A DNA stretch of 64,000 nt from an uncultured Spirochaetota bacterium. Lineage in GTDB: Bacteria; Spirochaetota; Spirochaetia; SZUA-6; Fen-1364. Where the stretch lies: NCBI GenBank assembly GCA_963820525.1, contig CAWGAA010000003.1, positions 96,001-160,000 on the forward strand, given 5' to 3'. Shown here one piece after another: positions 38,562-46,764 of the stretch. How positions within the stretch are numbered: the first letter of the stretch is position 1; each line of letters begins with the position of its first letter. The notes beneath the pieces are model-generated. The model searched no databases. It worked only from the letters and a program-made list of their open reading frames with translations, and had not been told where the DNA came from. The translations under genes and the position numbers were made by a program.

Positions 38562-39155
38562 CTAATCTTTCAGCGCTGCTCCGAGGATAGTGTACCTCGA
38601 CTCGCGGCAGTCTTTCAGCTGGCGAAGTCCCGCATCATCCAGGGCCGCTCGAAACTCAGGACCGTGAAAGCGGTCTTCTCTCGGGTGGGCGAGGATGAGC
38701 CGGAAAATGAAGCCGGCGTACAGGGGCGGGAAAATCTCTTCAAAGCAGAACAACCCGCCCCGCTTGAGCACCCGCGCGATCTCTCCGACCCCGCGCCGCC
38801 AGTCCTCCAGGTGATGGAGTATGCCGAAATCGAACACGCCGTCCATGCTTGAATCCGCGAAGGGGAGATCCTCGGCATCCGCGACCGTGAAAAACAGCCC
38901 GGAGGCGCCGTTTTCACCGAATCGCCTCAGGGCCTTCCTTATCATGTCAGGGTCGATATCGATGGCATCCAATCGCCGGGGACGGTATGCGGCCTGGATC
39001 AGCCGGGCGCCGACCCCGCGCCCACAGCCAACCTCGAGGATTCGCGCTCCCGCCTGCAGGTCCCGCAGGCCCTTGAAGAAGCGGAGCTCTCCGGCCTGGA
39101 AGGGGATCCGCCACGGCCCATTCACCCAAACCCTTTCGACCCAGTTCGTCTTCAT
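38562..39155 (-). CDS. Class I SAM-dependent methyltransferase
   Basis: ILEVGCGRG, AIDIDPDMI, ADAEDLPF, FDFGILHH, RVLKRGG. Start MKTNWVE at 39155. Confidence 0.9.
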   Translation of the reverse strand: MKTNWVERVWVNGPWRIPFQAGELRFFKGLRDLQAGARILEVGCGRGVGARLIQAAYRPRRLDAIDIDPDMIRKALRRFGENGASGLFFTVADAEDLPFADSSMDGVFDFGILHHLEDWRRGVGEIARVLKRGGLFCFEEIFPPLYAGFIFRLILAHPREDRFHGPEFRAALDDAGLRQLKDCRESRYTILGAALKD

Positions 39156-39317
39156 GCCCGGCTCTTTCTCCGCCCCGGCAACTGCCCAAGGGTCCTTTTC
39201 ACGATAACGCAAAGTTATCCTTTTTTCATCTCGCTTTCATGGCTTGTGCCGTCACCCGGCCCGTATTTTTCAGGTTAGATCGGCTCAAGCCGAGTGAGGT
39301 GGAATATGAAATAATGG

Positions 39318-40703
39318 ATGAGGTTGGCAATCGCCGCAGCCGCGGTTATCGCGGTCGCACTGGTCGGGCTGTTCTGGCTTCGCCCGCTCATTTTCCACGG
39401 ACCCGAGGTCCAATACCGCACGGTGCCCGTCGGGTACGCGGACATCACGGCTGCGGTAGAGGAGACGGGGACGATAAACCCCGTCAATCAAGTCCTCGTG
39501 GGGAGCGAGGCTTCGGGGATGATCAAAACCCTCAACGCCGATTTCAATTCAGTGGTGAAAAAGGGCCAGGTCCTGGCCACTCTCGATTCGACAACCCTCC
39601 AGGCAGCCGTGGACTCAGCCACGGCAAACCTCGCCCTTGCCCGGGCCAACCTGAACAGCGCTCGGGTGAACGTCGATAAAATGAAGGACCAGCTCGACCT
39701 GGCCAACATGACCCTCCAGAGAGAGGAGCCGCTGGTGAAGCAGGGCCTGGCCGCCCAGAGCCAGCTGGATGCTGACACAACGGCCGCAGAGACCGCCAAG
39801 CAGGATTATCTCTCTGCACAGTCCGCGGTGCAGGTGGCCCAGGCGCAGGTTTCCGTAATAGAGGGTGCCCTCGAGCAGGCGCGGTACAACCTTTCCCGCA
39901 CGGTCATCAAGAGCCCCATCGACGGCATTGTCATGGCGCGAAACGTCAGCGTAGGGCAGACCGTGGCAGCCTCTCTTCAGACGCCCACCCTCTTCATCCT
40001 CGCCACGAACCTCACCGACATGCAGGTGGACACGTCCGTGGACGAGGCGGACGTGGGAAGCGTCCACAAGGGACAGCCGGCGTCCATTACGGTGACGGCG
40101 TTCCCCAACGTCACGTTCTCCGGGACCGTGGAACAAGTCAGGGTGAATCCCACGACCGTCCAGAACGTCGTCACCTATGACGCGGTGATCGCCGTCCACG
40201 ACACTTCAGGCAGGCTTCTGCCCGGCATGACGGCGCAGGTGAAGGTCGAAGTGGGAAAGCAGGCGCACGTGCTCTCCATTCCGATTGCAGCGGTCCTCTA
40301 CCGCCCCCTTCCCGCCCGAGCCTCCGGCGGCTCTGGGGGAGGCGGCTTCGGTGGAGCCGCGGCCGCTGGATTCATCCAGAGCGGAACTCCCGCCGGCCCT
40401 CCGGTGGCAGGTGCTCCGGGATCAAGGGTGACGGTGTGGACCCTGCGGGAAGGGCGGCCTGTCCCCGTTCAGGTTGTCATCGGGCTTTCGGACGGGAAGA
40501 ACATCGAGATCACGAGCGGCAGCCTGCATGAAGGAGACCAGCTTATCATCGCACAACGAAGCGGAGGGGACGGCGGGAATCAAAGGGGAGGACAGGGAAG
40601 CTCGGGCGGTGCAGCCCCTTCGGCGGGGGGCGGCGGGGGGCCTTCCGGCGGGGGTAGCTCGGCGGCACACTCGGACGGCGCCCAAAGGCAGGCACGGCCA
40701 TGA
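39318..40703 (+). CDS. macA: MacA-like periplasmic adaptor (membrane fusion protein) with a Gly-rich tail
   Basis: TM anchor, ETGTINPV..V.VGSE.SG, VKKGQVLA.LD, IKSPIDGIV, GQTVAASLQTPTLF, VDEADVG, LLPGMTA. The RBS-associated ATG at 39306 is followed by an in-frame TAA. Confidence 0.9.
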   Translation: MRLAIAAAAVIAVALVGLFWLRPLIFHGPEVQYRTVPVGYADITAAVEETGTINPVNQVLVGSEASGMIKTLNADFNSVVKKGQVLATLDSTTLQAAVDSATANLALARANLNSARVNVDKMKDQLDLANMTLQREEPLVKQGLAAQSQLDADTTAAETAKQDYLSAQSAVQVAQAQVSVIEGALEQARYNLSRTVIKSPIDGIVMARNVSVGQTVAASLQTPTLFILATNLTDMQVDTSVDEADVGSVHKGQPASITVTAFPNVTFSGTVEQVRVNPTTVQNVVTYDAVIAVHDTSGRLLPGMTAQVKVEVGKQAHVLSIPIAAVLYRPLPARASGGSGGGGFGGAAAAGFIQSGTPAGPPVAGAPGSRVTVWTLREGRPVPVQVVIGLSDGKNIEITSGSLHEGDQLIIAQRSGGDGGNQRGGQGSSGGAAPSAGGGGGPSGGGSSAAHSDGAQRQARP

Positions 40704-41530
40704 ATCCGAGGAAGGTAAACGGTGCGTTCCTTGCGGCGGAGCTCCAGGGCACCGGGGGGCTGCCCGCCGTCAAAGGTCATCCGTTCATCGAGGTGAAAAA
40801 CTTCGTGAAGATCTATGGTGAAGGCCCGGCCGCCGTCCAGGCGCTGGGAGGCGTGAGCCTGGAGGTCAGAGAGGGCGAATTCGTCTCCATCATGGGACCG
40901 TCGGGCTCAGGAAAGTCCACGTTCATGCACCTTCTCGGCTGCCTGGACCGTCCCACGTCAGGGTCGTACAGGCTTGCCGGAACCGAGGTGTCCGGGTTGT
41001 CGCGCGACCAGCTTGCCCGAATCAGGAATCAGCAGATCGGTTTCGTCTTCCAGAGCTTCAACCTCCTGCCCCGCACTTCGGCGCTCGAGAACGTGGAGCT
41101 TCCCATGCTTTACTGCGGAATCCCCCGCGAGAAGAGGGTGGGCAGGGCGCGCGAGCTCCTCGAGCGGGTCGGGCTTGGGGATCGCATCGATCACAGGTCG
41201 AATGAGCTTTCGGGAGGTCAGCAGCAGCGTGTCGCCATTGCCCGCGCCATGGCAATCGGCGCTCCGCTTCTCATGGCGGACGAACCCACGGGAAACCTCG
41301 ACAGCGCGAGCAGCGTGGAAATCATGACGCTGTTCCGCAGCCTCAATCGCGATCAGGGGATCACCGTGATCGTGGTTACCCATGCGACCGACGTCGCTGC
41401 CTGGTCGAACCGGATCGTCGGCTTCCGCGACGGCCGCGTTGTGGAAGACCGTCCAGCGGCGGAAGCCATCCCGGCGGAGCTGCGCGCGGTGACGCGGCTC
41501 GCCGCGTCGCAGAAGAGGGTACAACCATGA
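40700..41530 (+). CDS. MacB/LolD-like ABC ATP-binding protein
   Basis: IMGPSGSGKST, IGFVFQSFNLL, LSGGQQQRVAIARA, ADEPTGNLD, VTH. Confidence 0.93.
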   Translation: MNPRKVNGAFLAAELQGTGGLPAVKGHPFIEVKNFVKIYGEGPAAVQALGGVSLEVREGEFVSIMGPSGSGKSTFMHLLGCLDRPTSGSYRLAGTEVSGLSRDQLARIRNQQIGFVFQSFNLLPRTSALENVELPMLYCGIPREKRVGRARELLERVGLGDRIDHRSNELSGGQQQRVAIARAMAIGAPLLMADEPTGNLDSASSVEIMTLFRSLNRDQGITVIVVTHATDVAAWSNRIVGFRDGRVVEDRPAAEAIPAELRAVTRLAASQKRVQP

Positions 41531-42740
41531 ATCTCGTCGCCCTGTTTCGAATTGCCTGGCAGGCTTTGCGGCGCAATGTCGCCCGCTCCATCCTGACAAT
41601 GCTCGGCATCATCATCGGCGTGGGGGCAGTGATAACCTCCATGGCGATCGGGGCCGGAGCGGAGGCGGCGGTGCTGCGACAGATCGAGAGCTTAGGAGCC
41701 AACCTGATCGTCGTGACTCCCGGAAGCATCACCAGCGGAGGAGTCAGCCTGGGCAGCGGCACCAGGACTTCGCTGAAGAACGGCGACGTCGAAGCCATCG
41801 CCTCCATCGTTCCCGAGTCGAAGCGGCCGCCCCGTACTCCCAGACCAACGCACAGGTGGTGGCCGGCGGTTCCAACTGGTTCACTACAATAGGGGGCACA
41901 ACCCCGGCTTGGACGACCGTCGGCAACTGGCAGCTGGCCAACGGAGGTTTCACGACCGGCGAGGTTGATCAGGCCGCGAAGGTCGCTGTCCTGGGGAGCA
42001 CCGTGGCGCAGAACCTCTTCCCCACCGGCGGCGCCGATGGCAGGATGATCGTGATCCGCAATGTCCCCTTCCTCGTGACCGGGGTATTGAGTCCGAAGGG
42101 TCAATCCGGCTTCGGCCGCGATCAGGACGATGTCGTTATCGTGCCCATCACCACCCTGCAGGACAGGCTGATGGGACAGAATTGGATCAACAGCATCATG
42201 GCCTCCGCCGTATCGCCGGATGCCGTTCCCGGCGTGGTGGATTCCACGGAGCGGCTGCTGCGGCTGGAGCACCACCTCACCGCCCAGGCGCCAGACGACT
42301 TCACCATCCGAAACGTCGCCAACGTCCAGCAGGTGCGCATTGCCACGTCCCAGACCCAGGCGCTCCTCCTTGCCGCAATCGCCGTCGTCTCCCTGGTGGT
42401 CGGAGGCATCGGCATCATGAATATCATGCTCGTGTCCGTCACGGAGCGAACGCGGGAGATCGGCCTGCGCATGGCCGTCGGCGCCCGCGGCCGGGACATC
42501 CTGCTTCAGTTCATCGTGGAAGCGCTGACCCTCGCCTGCATCGGAGGCGTCATCGGCATCGCCATGGGGTTCGGCATCTCCGGGCTCGTATCCATCATAG
42601 GCCATTGGCCCGTGTTGGTCTCCGCCTTCTCCGTCTTGCTGGGCTTCCTGTCCGCGCTGTTCATCGGCGTCGTGTTCGGATTCTACCCGGCGCAGAGGGC
42701 GGCGGCGCTCGATCCCATCGTGGCCCTGCGCTACGAATGA
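41527..42740 (+). CDS. MacB-like ABC permease (frameshift near 41817)
   Basis: RSILTMLGIIIGVGAVI is in ORF 41527. VAVLGSTVA, DQDDVVIVP, SLVVGGIGIMNIMLVSVTERTREIGLRMAVGA and GFYPA.RAA.LDPI.ALRYE are in ORF 41856. One G is missing at CCC G(G)A GTC. Confidence 0.9.
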
Positions 42741-42804
42741 CGGGAGCGGCGGCTCTACCGCGCCGTGGCCGGCGCGAAAGTCGGATTTGCCTGTCGCGAA
42801 AGGA

Positions 42805-43682
42805 TCAGGAGACCCTTTGAGTGCCCCGGCAAGGGTCCCCCTCAGAATCCAGCGGTGGCCGATGATGTAGAGGATCACGGTGGGTGCAGCGGAGATGATC
42901 GCAGCCGCCGAGTACCTGGGCATGTGGTCAACGCCGTACTGGCTCAGGAACTGGCCATGCGCAGCTGCATGGTGAAGAGCGCCGGTTGTTGAGCATGACC
43001 AGGCTGAGCAGGTAGTCGCTCCACGCGCCTATGAAGACGAGGATGACGGCAAGAATCGTCGCGGGTCTCGCCAGGGGCAGCATGATGCGGAAAAAGGTGC
43101 CCGAATGCCCGGCGCCGTCGATGCTGCGCGCATCGGCAAGCTCTCCGGGGAGGTTCTTGAAGAACGAGCGGTAGATCATGGTCCAGAAGGAGACGCCGAA
43201 CGCCGACATGGGGAGGAAGAGGCCGGGCAGCGTGTCCGCGAGGTCGAAGGCGGCGCTCATCCTGTGCAGGGGGAGCAGGACCATCTGGACCGGAACGAAG
43301 AACCCGGCCAGGATGACGTAGAAGAGGACTTCCGTGATCTTGCTCTTGTAGCGGGCGAAGACATAGCCGGCCATCGCGGAGAGCGGCACGGTGCAAACGA
43401 TCGCCCCGGGGCAGACGATAAAGGTGTTGATCATTCCCCGACCGATCTGTACCGCCTTCCAGGCCTGAACGAAATTGTCCCAGCGGATCGCCTTGGGCAG
43501 CGCCCAGGGGTTGTAGGTGTATTCCAGCCGGGTCTTGAAGACGAAGAAGAACGGCAGGATGAGCGGCACGATGACCGCCAGCGCGAAAGCGAGCAGGATC
43601 GCGGTGATCACGATGGACGGGAACTTGCCGCGGGATTCGAAGCCGCGACCGTTCCGTCCCTGTCATGGATGATGTCGTTCAT
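42805..43682 (-). CDS. Carbohydrate ABC permease (MalG-like) broken by several 1-nt indels
   Basis: WDNF..AW, AMAGYVFARY, FFKNLPGELADARSIDGA and WSDYL. The C-terminus continues in shifted frames as PALFTMQL / FLSQYGVDHMPRYSAAAIISAAPTVILYI..HRWILRGTLAGALKG. Start is either ATG 43682 (GGAGGAG RBS) or GTG 43611. Confidence 0.8.
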
Positions 43683-44615
43683 TCCGCTCTCCTCCCTGCT
43701 CTGCAAGGAGAACTGCGCGATCGTGAAGATCAGGGAGAGGAGGAAAATGACCACCCCGACCGCCGCCGCGCTCCAGTACTGCCAGTTCACGAAGCCCTGG
43801 TTGTACAGGATGATGCCGAGAGTCTTGGTGGCATCGCCGGGGCCGCCCCGGGTCATCAGGTAGGGCAGGTCGAAGAGCTTCATGCTGCCGATCGTCATGA
43901 GGACGGCCAGGATCCTCAGGGGATAGGAGACGATCGGGAGGACGATGTGCCGCGCGTAGTGCCATCCGCTGGCGCCGTCCAGCATGGCGGCTTCCTTGAT
44001 CTCGGTGGGTATCTGCTCGATGCGCGCCATGAGATAGATGATCGGAAATCCCGTGTACGTCCACGTGGCCACGATGAAGACGGCCCAGAAGGCGATCGAT
44101 TGATTGCCCAGGAAGTCGATGTTCCCGAGCCATGTAAAGCCGATCTTTCTGGCGAGCGTGGGGAGCACACCATTGGTGTTGGAGAAGATGAAAATACCCA
44201 GCATGGCCGTGATGGCCGAGGGCATGACATTCGCAAGGTAGTAGATGGCGCGCAGCGACTTTGTGATCCTGTTCTTGTAGACGATGAGGGAGAAGGCGAT
44301 GAAGAAGGCCAGCGGGAGCTGGACAACCACGCTCACGACTGCCCACTGGAAAACGTGGAGCAGGGCCTGGCGAAACTCGTTGTTGCCGAAGAGGAACTTG
44401 TAGTTGTCCAGCCCATTGAAGGTGGCCTCCCCGAGCCCCGCCGACTTCATGAACGAAAGACGGAAGGTTTCGACGATGGGGTAGTACATGTACACGACAA
44501 GAGCGGCCAGCGCGGGAAGGAGCATGAGCGCGATGAATATCGAGCGTCGGGGATCACGGCTCCTCCTGGCCCTGACGGCTAAAACCTGTGCCTGTGTCCC
44601 GGCAATGCCACTCAT
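43608..44615 (-). CDS. Carbohydrate ABC permease (MalF/UgpA-like)
   Basis: LLPAL...YYPI..TFRLSF, FNGLDNY, IPTEIKEAAMLDGAS, MKLFDL.YLMT.GGPG.AT. The 3' end is uncertain because it reads into the probable start of the next gene. Confidence 0.88.
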   Translation of the reverse strand: MSGIAGTQAQVLAVRARRSRDPRRSIFIALMLLPALAALVVYMYYPIVETFRLSFMKSAGLGEATFNGLDNYKFLFGNNEFRQALLHVFQWAVVSVVVQLPLAFFIAFSLIVYKNRITKSLRAIYYLANVMPSAITAMLGIFIFSNTNGVLPTLARKIGFTWLGNIDFLGNQSIAFWAVFIVATWTYTGFPIIYLMARIEQIPTEIKEAAMLDGASGWHYARHIVLPIVSYPLRILAVLMTIGSMKLFDLPYLMTRGGPGDATKTLGIILYNQGFVNWQYWSAAAVGVVIFLLSLIFTIAQFSLQSREESGMNDIIHDRDGTVAASNPAASSRPS

Positions 44616-44663
44616 TTCGGCTCACCTCCGCAGCTTCAAACAATAGTTTCTTTATTGGATTTG

Positions 44664-44700
44664 AAAAAGGGGCGAAAACCTCAAAACCGGCTTTCGCCCC
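44664..44700 (-). terminator. Intra-operon hairpin with U-tract after the sugar-binding protein gene
   Basis: Minus strand GGGGCGAAA-N14-TTTCGCCCC followed by TTTTT. Confidence 0.7.
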
Positions 44701-44723
44701 AAAAACGTCTTCGGACGCGATCT

Positions 44724-45977
44724 TTACTTCACCGCTCCCATGTTCTGGGTCGCAAGGGCCTCGAACTTGGTGAGCTCGGCCTTGACGTCGGTGCCGGGGA
44801 TGAAGAAGGTCTGGATCATGTCGTTCAGCGGCGTGGTCACCGCGGGGGGCAGGTTCTGGTCCCACCAGAACTGGACCAGCTTGGCCTTGCTGAAGACTCC
44901 CGCGGCCATCTCGGTGAGCGGGGAGGGGGCCTTGACGCCGGGCATTGCGGCGACGCGGCCGGGTTCCGCCGAGCCCGCGTCCGCGCTCATGGCGTACTTC
45001 ATGAACGCCACGACCGCCGCCTTCTTGCTCTCCGCCTGCTTGGTCGCCGCGAAGCCGATGTCGGTCATGCCCATGACGTCGGTGACGGGACCCTTTCCGC
45101 CCTTCATTGCGGGGAAGGCATAGAAGCCCAGGTCCTGGTCCGTGAAGTCCTTGCTGGAGTACTGGGCGCACATCCAGGAGCCGGTGACATGCATGCCGGC
45201 CTTTCCCGTTGCCATGAGCTGCTGGGCATCACCGTAGCCTTCACCCAAAGGCTTGTCGCCGAAGTAGCCCTTCTTCACCCAGCTCTGGTAGAGCTGAGCG
45301 GCCTTGACGAACGGATCGCTGTCGAACCTGACCTTCCTTGCAGCGGCCCGGGTGAACATGTCCCCGCCGCCGAAGCGGTCCACGAAGTACATGTAGAGGT
45401 GCAGCGGGGGCCACTTGTCCTTGGCGCCGCAGGCAAAGGGCTGGATGCCCTTGGCCTTCAGCGTATCGGCCACCTTTTCGAACTGGTCCACGGAGGTCGG
45501 AACAGTAAGGCCGTTCTCCTTGAAGATGCCCTCATTGACGAAGACGCCGCGATGGCGAAGAAAGGCGCCACGCCGTAGATTTTCCCTTTCCAGGTCATGG
45601 CGTTCTGGGCCGCGGCGCTTCCGGGAACGCTTTTCAGCTCGGCCGTCAGGTCCATGAGCCTGCCCGCATCGGCGTATCCGCCCATGGTGGATCCACCCCA
45701 GCTCTGGAAGATGTCGGGCATGCCGCTGCCGGCCGCCATGGCGATCTTGGTCTTATCCGACAGCCCCGGGTCTCCCAAAGGCACGTAGTCGAGGGTGATA
45801 GTCGGGATTGTTTTCCTGGAACTGCTTGATCAATGCCGTCACATAGGCGTGATCCGGCTCACCGTCGGCGAGGTCCCTGCCCCATACGGTCAACTTTACC
45901 TTCTGTGCCGCTGCCGGCATCGCAACGATGAGGCAGCAGGCGACAGCCACCAGTGCGAATAAAACACGTTTCCTCAT
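44724..45977 (-). CDS. Sugar ABC transporter substrate-binding protein (two frameshifts, near 45800 and 45548)
   Basis: Signal peptide MRKRVLFALVAV...AAA-QKVKLTVWG, then PDIFQSWGG...GRLMDLT...GKIYGVAP, then N.GIFKENGL.VPTS.DQFEKVADTLKAKGIQPF and ATGKAGMHVTGSW. These three ORF pieces are colinear. GGAGGG RBS. Confidence 0.85.
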
Positions 45978-46089
45978 TGCTCTCCCTCCTCTCGGATATT
46001 TGGGAAGCCGGACGGCACGCCTCCGGCCTTCCCTCAAGTGACAGCCTACCCCAACCCTGGGGAGGCTGAAATCGGACAAAGGCCGAATT

Positions 46090-46117
46090 CCGGGATAGGA
46101 TGTATTACCTATCCCGG
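46090..46117. promoter_or_regulatory. Inverted repeat upstream of the sugar ABC operon (candidate operator or terminator)
   Basis: CCGGGATAGG-ATGTATTA-CCTATCCCGG, perfect 10-bp arms overlapping the regulator stop codon. Confidence 0.5.
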
Positions 46118-46764
46118 CTCTGGACCCATTTGACCGCGAATCTTCGAAGAACGCCGGCCCCATCGATGCGAAGCTTCTCCTTGATGTGGTCGCGATATGC
46201 ATTGACGGTCTTGACGGAGAGGTTCAGCCCCTTGGCGATCTCCGCCGCCCCATAGCCCTGGCCGATGAGCTCCAGCACCTCCAGCTCCCTGTCGCTCAGG
46301 CGGTCCACGGAGGGGGCCTCGGCCTCTTCGCGGCGGCTGAACACGGTCTCCAGGAGGCGGTCGCGCATGGCGGCGGAGACGTAGATCTTTCCCGACAACA
46401 CGGTCTTGATGGCATCCAGCATGACGGATGCGGCTTCCTGCTTCATCACGTAGCCTCGCGCGCCCGCCTTCAAGGCGCGCTCCGCGTAGAGCACCTCGTC
46501 GTGGATCGAGATGATGAGCACCAGCACCTGGGGGTGCGCCGCCTTGAGGGTCTTCACCAGGTCCAGCCCGTTCTGCCCGACGAGCGATATGTCCACCAGG
46601 GCGATGTCGGGGACCGCCCGCTCGAGAGCGGCCAGCGCTTCGCTCATTGAACCGGCCTCGGCGCACACCTTGTAGCGCTCTTCGCTTCCTATCAGGGCAA
46701 CGAGCCCCTGGCGGAAGACGGGGTGGTCGTCAACGACGAGGAAGGTGACCGGTTTCGCCATCAT
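46105..46764 (-). CDS. NarL/LuxR-family response regulator
   Basis: VVDDHPVFRQG, ALVDISL (phospho-Asp), AGARGYVMK, and HTH LSDRELEVL.LIGQG....EIA..LNLSVKTV. ATGA overlap with the kinase. Confidence 0.95.
   Translation of the reverse strand: MMAKPVTFLVVDDHPVFRQGLVALIGSEERYKVCAEAGSMSEALAALERAVPDIALVDISLVGQNGLDLVKTLKAAHPQVLVLIISIHDEVLYAERALKAGARGYVMKQEAASVMLDAIKTVLSGKIYVSAAMRDRLLETVFSRREEAEAPSVDRLSDRELEVLELIGQGYGAAEIAKGLNLSVKTVNAYRDHIKEKLRIDGAGVLRRFAVKWVQSRDR

Noticed and set aside
40555..40680. G-rich low-complexity stretch at the macA 3' end as a repeat or G-quadruplex element
   Set aside because: It is explained by a Gly/Ser-rich disordered tail, which is common in MacA-like adaptors.
43608..43682. 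Fused or read-through double permease
   Set aside because: This is ambiguous. A GTGA overlap is possible, but a strong RBS before ATG 43682 and the neighbouring indels favour two ordinary genes with sequence errors.
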